A stretch of 64,000 nucleotides of DNA from Octopus vulgaris (taxonomy: Eukaryota): NCBI GenBank assembly GCA_951406725.2, contig OX597815.1, positions 182,962,001-183,026,000 of the forward strand. The letters run 5' to 3'. The notes under the pieces are model-generated. The model was not told the origin of the DNA, made no database searches, and saw only the letters and a program-made list of their open reading frames with translations. This document shows, one piece after another, positions 26,749-38,625 of this stretch; the stretch's first letter is position 1, and each line of letters starts with the position of its first letter. The position numbers and the translations under genes were made by a program.

Positions 26749-27167
26749 TTAAATCGCCTTTCCCTTAAATCATACCGTACCACCTCAGGATACGGTATGA
26801 TTTAAGGGATTAACTTAAATTTATCTAGGGATTAACTAGAAGGTGCATGGCATGCTTTCCAGCATTTTCTCTGTTCAGTCAGTGGGTCTGAGCTAAACGG
26901 CAATAACAGTGACAGACAGAGGAGTACTATGCTCCTCATCGTCAGGTACCAACAACCTTCCGTCACAAATATAGACATCATATCTTTCTATTATCATCGC
27001 CAACAACATCTCATTCTACATCACCATTAGTGAGTAGCATCATGATCAACAACTACCTCACCATCCCAAAAGTCACCACCAACAACACTATTTCCATGAC
27101 CATCACTTCCTGCTTAATCATCAATCATGTGAACGTTATTAATATTATCGATATTAACAAACCATCA

Positions 27168-27757
27168 GGCGGCGAGCTGGCAGAAACGTTAGCACGCCGG
27201 GTGAAATGCTTGGCGGTATTTCGTCTGCCGCTACGTTCTGAGTTCAAATTCCGCAGAGGTCGACTTTGCCTTTCATCCTTTCGGGGTCGATAAATTAAGT
27301 ACCAGTTACGCACTGGGGTCGGTGTAATCGACTTAATCCCAGTGGCTATCCTTGTTTGTCCTCTGTGTGTTTAGCCCCTTGTGGGCAATAAAGAAATAGG
27401 TATTTCGTCTGCCGCTACGTTCTGAGTTCAAATTCCACCGAGGTCGACTTTGCCTTTCATCCTTTCGGGGTCGATAAATTAAGTACCAGTTACGCACTGG
27501 GGTCGGTGTAATCGACTTAAACCCAGTGGCTGTCCTTGTTTGTCCCCTCTATGTTTAGCCCCTTGTGGGCAATAAAGAAATAAGAAACGTTGGCACGCCG
27601 GGCGAAATACTTAGCAGTATTTTGTCAGTCTTTATGTTATGAGTTCAAATTCCGCCGAGGTAGATTTTGCCTTTCATCTCTTCGAGGTCGATAAATTAAG
27701 TACCAATGCTGGACCCCTCCCCAAAAATTTCGGGCTTTGTACCTAGAGTAGAAAGAA
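27168..27757 (+). mobile_element. nested/tandem array of three SINE A units
   Basis: Tails AAAGAAATA run directly into internal SINE positions GGTATTTCG (27399) and AGAAACGTT (27583). Confidence 0.9.
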
Positions 27758-27984
27758 AATTACCAAGCCATCATCACCATCATTGCCATCGAAATACTTA
27801 CTGTCTGTAACACCCCATACACCTACCTAGCAAGGATCACACGATAGACAAAAATTCTTGTCAGTGCTGCATAGAACAAGGTGTATAATGCTTGATTCTA
27901 TGCGTTCTTTTATGTTATTAATTTTTTTAACATTAAAAAGTATAGATTTTGTGTGAAAGAGGTCGAGCAAATAAAAGACTATAA

Positions 27985-29390
<1,406 letters not shown>

Positions 29391-30482
29391 GCATATATCT
29401 AATATGTGTGCGCGTATGGGATGTCTCACTATATTCAATTTGTAGGTACCTACGTACTTAAAAACATATATATATATATATATATATATGTGTGTATGTG
29501 TCTGTGTGTGTGTTTATAATTGCATAGGAATTTAGTAAATATAGGCATATCCAAAGGTGAGTCACATGTAAGCTAACAGTTTGGGTTACTTAATTGTTTA
29601 AATGCTGCCATAATCATAGATGGGACGCTGATACACGTCGCTATAGGTTCCATGGTAGGTATAATATACGCATGCGCGCGCGCACACACACACATGTATA
29701 CAAACATACACGGATGGTGATACACAAACACGTGCGCAAACATATATACACATACATATGTATGCATATACGGATGGACAATCATATACCCGCCTCGCAT
29801 ATCTATACGCACACATATGTATACATAAGCGGAAGGACACATACATACATACATACATACCAACACATATGTACCGGAACATTTGAAGTATTTTATTATC
29901 CGAAATTATAGTCTATTATAGTATTTATGCTGAACAAAAGAATATAAAGAAACCCTTCCTCAACCCCCTCCCCCAAAAAATGATAAAAGGTAAAAAGAAG
30001 GTGAGTACAGGGCCAAAAAGAGGTGTTATATCATCAAAGAAGGAGTGATATTAAAATAAAAGAGAGCTAAGTCCAAAGGTAAACTAAGAAATCTCATTTT
30101 ACGGTAGGTTTACGTTTGATTTTGACTGCAACTCACACATGTCATGGTGTGATATGGATAATTAAACCGAGGGCTAAAGACAAGGGAAGTCGTTTTAGCT
30201 AATCTTATTGCTGCCACTTTAGTATCGGTGCAATGCACACATTACATTATCAGCCGTGTCACGACCGATATGTAATCTAAAGTTTTCCCCCAAAAGCTGA
30301 TTTATTGGCTACAGAAGTTGAAGGAACCAGTCCAGAACTGAAAGGCGTTTTGTATGAACCATTCAGAATCGTTGTTGGAGTAAAATACTAAGATATAACA
30401 AATATGGGTGGTTAGAAGTATTAAGGTGCGAAAATCTTAATCGTATCATCTACATTACTTTTCAGAATATCTATTGATAGAA

Positions 30483-31142
30483 GGCGGCGAGCTGGCGGAA
30501 ACGGTAGCACGCCGGGCGAAACGCATAGCGGTATTTCGTCTGCCGCTACGTTCTGAGTTCAAATTCCGACGAGGTCGATTTTGCCTTTCATCCTTTCGGA
30601 GTCGATAAATTAAGTACAAGTTACGCACTGGTGTCGATATAATCGACTTAATCCGCTTGTCTGTCCTTGTTTGTCCTCTCTGTGTTTAGTCCCTTGTGGG
30701 TAGTAAAGAAATAGGTATTTCGTCTGCCATTACATTCTGAGTTCAAATTCCGCCTTGGTCGACTTTGCCTTTCATCCTTTCGGGGTCAATTAAATAAGTA
30801 CCAGTTACGCACTGGGGTCGATATAATCGACTTAATCCGTTTGTCTGTCCTTGTTTGTTCTCTCTGTGTTTAGCCCCTTGTGGGTAGTAAAGAAATAGGT
30901 ATTTCGTCTGCCATTACATTCTGAGTTCAAATTCCGCCGAGGTCGACTTTGCCTTTCATTCTTTAAGGCGGCGAGCTGGCAGATACGTTAGCACGCCGGG
31001 CGAAATGCTTAGCGGTATTTCGTTGTCTTTACGTTCTGAGCTCAAATTCCGCCGAGGTCGACTTAGCCTTCCATCCTTTCGGGGTCGATAAATTAAGTAC
31101 CAGTTGCGTACTTAATTTCGGGCCTTGTACTTAGAGTAGAAA
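30483..31142 (+). mobile_element. nested array of SINE A units (mirror copy at 48245-48904)
   Basis: Repeated cores; flanked by AGAATATCT(A/C)TTGATAG. Confidence 0.9.
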
Positions 31143-32039
31143 AGAATATCTCTTGATAGGGAAGCAGCGTTATTTCTGATGTCATGCAATGTAGTTTTAA
31201 AATGAAATGTTTTTATTCTAATTTGTTTTGCAGATATAAGTTTGTCTCGCTAGATGTACATCGACCATAGAATAGGAGCCGCTATTCTAACTCGCTTTAC
31301 GTTAAATCGCCAAATTTAGATTCAAATTTGAAAGAGTTCCATATTAATGAATCGAGCATATAGATGCTTTTGGAAGGTAATGGTGCCGGAACGTCTCACT
31401 TCTCTTTCACAGTTAATCCATTGATTGTATTTGACATCGATCGCACAGCACTGCCTTAACTGATAAGTAACGGTTATCACATAATATGTTATAGGCTGAA
31501 CTGTACATTTCGTTCAGTGGGAAAGACGTCGCTGGATGAGTTCAACGGCTTGTAGGATGTCAATGCAGTTACTATAAAATGAGTAATCATAAAAAAACAG
31601 ACAAATTGGCTACTATGGTGGAGATAAAAACATGGAAATATATCAGAGCAATTGAAACGAATAAATATGGTAACGTTCAAGGATAGCATTGCGCTCTCTT
31701 ATTGAACGAAGAACAAAAAGAAAAAAATTATAAAGTTTAAAAGCAGATACAAAATTTGAGATAGACAAACTACCATGGCAATTGACATACGCGTGGTTGT
31801 TGGAGGAGTACAAGTTCGATATACTGGCAGGTACGAAATATAAAAAGTGACTAAAAGGTATAAATGAAGTAACTCAGAGGTGGAGCTCAGAAACTTCATT
31901 CCATTTTCCATTTTCATTTATCATTCACCTTGTAACATACGTTTTTGTGTTTATAAACATTGCTTTTCAGAATATCTATTGATATTGATAAGGCGGTGAG
32001 CTGGCAGAAACGTTAGCACGCCGGGCGAAATGCTTAGTA

Positions 32040-33281
32040 TTTGTACCGGAGTTTTGCAGAGTTTTGGATTTTTTTAAACATTTTTTTTGTAGTTGTTTGA
32101 TAATACTGACATAGACTTGCCCAAATGTAGCAATAAATAAACATTGATATTTTTTTTTCACCGTTGTTACAATAATCTGAAATGGAAATGTCAAAGGGCG
32201 ATATTCGAGCAATTTTGCTTTTCAACTTCAAAACAGGGCGTAATGTAGCTGAAACTGCTCGCGATATCAACGAAATGTTTGATGAGGAAATGACCAGTGA
32301 GTGGTCAGCTCGAAAATGGTTTAAACGATTTCGCAGTGGAGACCTGATCCTTGAAGATCATGAGCGTAGTGGACGCCCATCTATCATCGATGACGGTCAA
32401 TTAAAGACCCTCATTAAGAAAGATCCACGTAAAACCATCCAAGAACTGGCAAAAGAACTTCACGTTGGCCAGAAAAGTGCTTGCAACCATTTGCATGCGA
32501 TCGGAAAATCAAAAAGCTCGACAATTGGGTACCACACGATTTGAATGAAAATCAGAAAATGCGCAGATATGAAATTTGCTTGTCGCTTCTTCTCCGTAAC
32601 CAGACCGATCCATTTCTCGTATTGTAATTTGCGATGAAAAGTGGATTCTGTACAATAATAATAAAAAGAAGTTCTTCGCAGTGATTGGGTCAAAATGAAG
32701 CACCAAAAACCTTTCCCAAACCCGAGCTCTTCAAAAAGAAGGTTATGGTGACTGTTTGGTGGTGTACTGTCGGACTCATCCACTACAACTTCTTAAAACC
32801 CGGAAAAACCATTACTGCAGAAACGTATTGCCATGAAATTGCCAAAATGAACGAACAACCACTACTCCTCCGTCCCAGACTGTTCAACAGAAGAAGGCCA
32901 ATCATTCTTCATGACAATACTCGACCAGACGCTTCACTAATGACGCTTCAGAAGTTGAAGGAACTTCGCTACGAAGTTCTTCCCACCCAGCATATTCCCC
33001 AGACCTTTCTCCTACCGTCAATTATTTTTGAAGCACCTTGATGGTTTCCTGCAAGAGAAAGAGTTCAAAAATCAAACCGATGCTGAAAGTGCGTTCAAGG
33101 AGTTCATCAGCTCCAGAGCTCCAAATTTTTAAGTTACCGGAATAAACAAACTTGTAACTCATTGGCAAAAATGTGTTGATTGTAATGGTACTTACTTTGA
33201 TGAATAAAATTTCCGTATTGTTGAAATATATTGTGTTGGATTTCACTTTTCAAATCGTTGCTTACTTTTCACTCAGCCTGA
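32040..33281 (+). mobile_element. mariner transposon lacking its left TIR; frameshifted transposase 32182-33207
   Basis: MEMSKGDIRAILLFNFKTG..WFKRFRSGD..RSGRP, DEKW, KKVMVTVWW and LHDNTRPD motifs; right TIR ends CTCAGCCTGA-TA. Confidence 0.93.
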
Positions 33282-34808
33282 TAACACGTGTACAGCTGGA
33301 AGCTACTCTTTATTCTTTCCACAAGTAATAACATTAGAAAATAAATTTCAACTACATATATTTATGATGTGTGTGTGTGTATGTGATGCATAGAAATTTG
33401 AAATTTTGTATGATGTATCTGTATCTACACACTGCATGTCGGAAAAAATTCAAATCTTCCATCCATGCAACATCAGACGTGTATTCAGAAGAGACATCTT
33501 CTGAGTGAGACATCTTTCCTAAATAAAGACTATGAGAAGTATTCCGTCCCCTGCAATCGTAATAGTGAATATAAAGGTGAAAGTAGCTGCTGTCTGAATG
33601 TAAGAACAGAACTTTTTACAACTGTAATCTGTGGGGAGAGAGAAAATGAATCCGGTACGGCCGGTCACATATGGAAGGTAAAGTGAGCTCAACAACCCTT
33701 ATGAAACTCAGTCAAAATAATAGATAGGAAGCGACATAAGAAGGTAAGATGACCGAAAGAATGTTCGCATATGCTGGGCTTCCATAACTTCCGTAAGCCA
33801 AGCTTAGAAATGAAGACTATGTGAGAGCCTTTAATAATGAAAGGATATGAAAACCACGTAAGCAAAGTTAGGTTTCAATTCCCTAATTTCCACTCCATAG
33901 TTGTCGTGCTGGTTAATAGGATTGCGAATATAAACATTGATTAAGTGTGAAAGGATAACGGTGTGAAAAGTTAGGCTGCAGGCGTGAGTTCAGATCCAGG
34001 GTTAGTGAAGCTAAATATACTTTGGTTGAAGTATAACAAACTAAACAGTATCACTAATAGCAGAAGAACTAATAATGAGAATGCATGTTATCCAATATAG
34101 ACTTTCTCGAAATTACTTAAATTGTTACAGATTCTTCATCAACGCACACCTGTTTATTTTGCCAACTAAGCAGATATGAAAAGGCCAAGTCAATCTTGAC
34201 ATATAAAACAAGTATACGATATCTCAGTAAGAAACAAGAAATCCTGATTAATTTCCTTTTGTACACAGCATCAAGTGTAGGTTCTGCAAACTTCGGAAGA
34301 ATCTAATTTAAAACACAATGAGATTGATAGAGATGGAGGTGTTGTGGGGGTAAAACATAAGAACCAGAAACAATAAACTCAAGTGGATATTTATTTTCAA
34401 GAACCATGAGGACAAATGACATTTTCTTGCTATCATTACTGGAAAATATGTAAAAAGAACACCTAATATCGAAAATATACTGGCTCATAACCATGGCTGA
34501 ATGTATGCCCTTGCTTTTCTTCAGGTGTTTAAAAACTTACAAGAAGTGAAATTACATCTTCAGCTATGTAGTTGGGAAGCTAACTTCTAACCACACACGA
34601 CTATAAATGTATTATTATTGTTATTATTATTATTATTATTATTATTCCTTCTTTCTTCAAATTTTTTTTCCGTTTCTCGCCGGGTGTTTTCCGTACACCC
34701 AGGGCAGAGAAGCTCATTCTTTGCATTCTCAGATTACACACGCAAATTCGCAGGTAAAATATGCATTTAGAAAATAAATAAATAAATAAATAAATTCATG
34801 AGTGGATG

Positions 34809-34852
<44 letters not shown>

Positions 34853-35361
34853 GGTGGCTAGTAGGCAATTTACAATCAAAAGGTACAAGTACAATTGTCA
34901 CTAAAGTCAATTCAGCACTGCTAGAAATAAGAGTCAAAATAACTCTTAGCAACCTCCCTACATAAAACGAGAGAGTCAGAGCATCGATGATTTCGGATTG
35001 AATTAATCTTCACCAGAGACACCTACTCCACTGCCTAGGGTTAAGCTGAACTCGCCTTGGCAGTTTATAAGAAATACGATGGGAACCAGTGGCTGATTCA
35101 ATAAATTGGTAAAGTGAAAATTATAAATTATTAAGGTGGCTATTCGCGATTTACAACCAAAAAGCACAAAATCGTCATTAAAGCGACTAAGGCTGCAAGT
35201 CAGCACCAGGATTGCTAGAAATAAGAGTCAAAACAGCTCTTAGGCACGGGCAAAACACATCTATTGACTGACAAGAGAGATAACCCTGTATATAAGAAGA
35301 TTGTAGATCTATAAAATGATGATTTGAGAAACACGTAATAAAATCTTGTATGTGTTATATT

Positions 35362-35790
35362 CTTTTCTACTCTAGGCACAAACCCGAAATTTTGGGTGCG
35401 GGTGCCACTCGGTTAGATCGACCCCAGTACGAAACTAGCACTTAATTTATCGACCCCGAAAGGATGAAAGGCAAAATCGACCTCGGCGGAATTTGAACTC
35501 AGAACGTAAAGACAGACGAAATACAGCTAAGCATTTCGCCCGGCGTGCTAACATTTCTTATTTCTTTACTGCCCACAGGGGGCTAAACATAGAGGGGACA
35601 AACAAGGACAGATAAAGGGATTAAGTCGATTACATCGACCCCAGTGCGTAACTGGTACCTATTTAATCGACCCCGAAAGGATGAAAGGCAAAGTCGACCT
35701 CGGCGGAATTTGAACTCAGAACGTAACCGCAGTCGAATTACCACTAAGCATTTTTCCCGGCGTGCTAACGTTTCTTCCAGCTCGCCGCCT
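35362..35790 (-). mobile_element. two nested SINE A units
   Basis: Two reverse-complement cores; the tail of one joins AGAAATGTTAGCACG of the other. Confidence 0.9.
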
Positions 35791-35824
35791 TCGAAGGTTA
35801 GTGATACTGAAAGCAATTACGATA

Positions 35825-36115
35825 ACATTTTTATATATAAACACTTATGTATTGAGTAGGTAACATATTTGTTTAGAAATTAAGAAAATCTCAAACGCAA
35901 GAGAAAAGCTGTGAAAACATGTTTAGAAAATCCGGATGAAAAGCTACAGAGTTCGATTCTCTGTAGCGGCTGCTGACTATTTTTTCCCGTCTATAGGGGT
36001 ACTTTACCCAGTTTTCTAAAGCTATTTCTCGGTTATTCTCCTCCGTTTGAGATTTTCTTAATTTCTAAAAATAGGTTACCAACCCGATGCTTCAATGTTT
36101 GTACATAAACAGGTT
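35825..36115. mobile_element. foldback/MITE-like element with ~110-bp imperfect inverted arms
   Basis: TTTAGAAATTAAGAAAATCTCAAACG (35872) vs CGTTTGAGATTTTCTTAATTTCTAAA (36044); internal hairpin GCTACAGAG-N7-CTCTGTAGC at 35943-35967. Confidence 0.75.
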
Positions 36116-36243
36116 CCCATATTCCAAAAAGCTGTTATTTAGTGTTATAAAAGAAAGACGGTATCAGTTGTCAGGGGCCGTTGAGTTCCATGGTACATAC
36201 CGGTCAGCTGGAATGTGAGGTTTGCAGAGTTTGGTTGTCTCTG

Positions 36244-37449
36244 ATTTCTTTATTACCCACAAGGGGCCACGAAGAGGGGGACGTTACAAGACGGGACATG
36301 GGGTACATAAAGTAAAAATAAAATATGAAGTAAAAGATGAATTATATGTAATGAGATGGGACGGCTTACGAACCCCCAACTCGTAGTTCCGTTTAAATAC
36401 AATTGTACATTTCACAGTTACATATATTCCAGTTCAAAATACAATTTTACAGTTACATATATTCCAGTTCAAAATACAATAATTTTACAATTTACATTTT
36501 AACATTACATATATTCCTGTTCAAAATACAACTTTACATTTTACAATTTTACAATTAACAATTTTTACTTTTTAACCTTACATATATTCTAATTCTTTTT
36601 TTTATATTGGACGTTCGTCCGTCATATATTCTAATAGGTCCGTTTGGTCTATTACATTTGGTAAATTGTCATACCGTACATAATGCGTTATATGAATAGC
36701 ATTAAATATCTTTTTTAATTTTGTGTATGTTTCTTTTTCTATAATTGCGACTTATACATCGTCACCATACAGTTTTGGGTTCACCTTCACCCTGACCAAC
36801 CCTTTCTTACCTGCAAGTCTCTTTTCCACTTCTGTATTCTTGATATACATCACAACTACTTTCAGGTTTTTTCCTGTAGGCCTTCTTCCATATTTACACG
36901 ATTCCAACTGCTCGTTCACTCTTGTCTCCCATTCTTGTTCAAACTCTGTCCTTGGCCGCTCTCTCGCCTTCTCTTTACTTCCTGTTCTTTGCATGTTCTC
37001 TCTTCTTTTTCTTCTGTTATCTTGCTTTGGATTTTTTTCTTTTTTAGAACATTCGGTGGTGATTCCACCCTTGATCTCTTCCTATCTTCTGTTCTTTCCT
37101 CTTCTGCACTTGCTCGTTCTTCTCCCGTATCCTCATTTAGCTGCTGCTCCTCCATTCGTGCCTCCTCCGCTTTCGCTTCCTCCTGCACACACGCATCTTT
37201 ACACTCCTCTATTACAGCTTCCGGTGCTTTTGTTTTTTTTTCCCGCGGGCACACATCCTTCATGTGGCCCCTCGATTTACAATTATAGCAGATTGGGGGT
37301 CTTCCCTCTACCACAACTCTAAGCCGTGTCTCATCCGGGTAGACCAACTCCTCCGGGATGTTGTACAGGTCTCGCACGGTTATGTGTGCCAGAACCTGCA
37401 CCGTATATCCCCACCACTTAACCTCTGCTGACTTCTCCACCTTCAACAC
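36244..37449 (-). mobile_element. 5'-truncated ORF1-only non-LTR retroposon (HAL1-like, Tx1/L1-type gag with CCHC knuckle)
   Basis: RVVVEGRPPICYNCKSRGHMKDVC zinc knuckle; reading frame traceable to ~36603 through one frameshift and one stop; no EN/RT before the 3' end; 19-bp TSD CAGAGTTTGGTTGTCTCTG at 36225-36243 and 37450-37468. Confidence 0.82.
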
Positions 37450-37614
37450 CAGAGTTTGGTTGTCTCTGGCAGCTGTTAGCCGCCTTTTCCCATTTATAGA
37501 GTTACCTTACCTGTCTTCACAGCTATTCTGCGTTCAAGGTCTTAATTTCTACAAAGAAACAAAAAAAAAAAAATTAATTAAAATAACGATTCCGCTAGTA
37601 AGTACTTTAGTAGT

Positions 37615-37983
37615 GTGGAGGCGTCATGGCCCAGTGGTTAGGGTAGCGGATTCGCGGTCATAGGATCGCGCTTTCGATTCCCAGGCATGGCGTTGCGAGT
37701 GTTTATGGAGCAAAAACACCTAAACCTCCACGAGTCTCCGGCAGGGGGTGATGGCGAACTCTGCTGTATTCTTTCTCTCACTTTTTCTTCTTGTTTCTGT
37801 TGTACCTGTATTTTAAAGGAGCCAGCCTTGTCACACTCTGTATCACGCTGAATCTCCCCGAGAACTATGTTAAGGGTACACGTATCTGTGGAGTGCTCAG
37901 CCACTTGCACGTTAATTTCACGAGCAGGCTGTTCCGTTGATCGAATCAACTGGAACCTTCGTCGTCGCAACCGACGGAGTGCC
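37615..37983 (+). mobile_element. SINE family C (OR1-like), full length, with TSD
   Basis: tRNA-like head TGGCCCAGTGGTTAGG..TTCGATTCCC; TSD ACTTTAGTAGT at 37604-37614 and 37984-37994. Confidence 0.92.
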
Positions 37984-38424
37984 ACTTTAGTAGTCCAAAT
38001 TTTCTTGAGGGGTTTTATCGGGACAAATTATGAAAGTGAAAGGTAATGAGAAAATGGAAAAAGATACTCCTGTCGACATTGTAAGAATGTAGGTGGACGT
38101 TGTTTCAAAGAAATAACTCAATTCCGAAGCTCTTGTTATTTTGTAGAATATGGATAAACAAGAGATTAACTAATGACGTGGAATGTAAATATTATGGTAG
38201 ATATTGCAATTCTAGACATTGTCAAGAGATTGGAATACTAGACACTGTGGATGGTTTTGATGATGTCAAAAGTCAAGATGAACAATATAATTTTGTCCAC
38301 TTAATGATGCATTAGTAATTGAGAAATATATTTCTACTAACTTGGTTTGATGTGAAAGATGATTGAGATTTTACGATGTTCATGTTCTCTCAATATTAGT
38401 AGCATAACTATTATTAGTTCGCAA

Positions 38425-38625
38425 AATCGTTAGCACGCCGGAAAAAAATGCTTGGCAGCAGTTCGTCCGTTTTTATATTCTGAGTTCAAATTCCTCCGAG
38501 GTCGACTTTGCCTTTTATCATTTCAGGGTCAATAAAATAAGTGCCAGTTGAGCACTGGACTCGATGTAACCGACTTACCCACTCCCTCAAAATTGCTGGA
38601 CTTGTGCCAAAATTTGAAATCAATA
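38425..38625 (+). mobile_element. SINE family A, older subfamily
   Basis: Diverged core GAGGTCGACTTTGCCTTTTATCATTTCAGGGTC. Confidence 0.8.

Noticed and set aside
33465-35206. Short non-repetitive ORFs present twice (61-73 aa)
   Set aside because: Their identity comes from the recent inverted duplication, not from conservation; no recognisable motifs.
37615-37690. tRNA-like sequence (also the SINE A and B heads)
   Set aside because: Continues into a SINE body with TSDs; not a tRNA gene.
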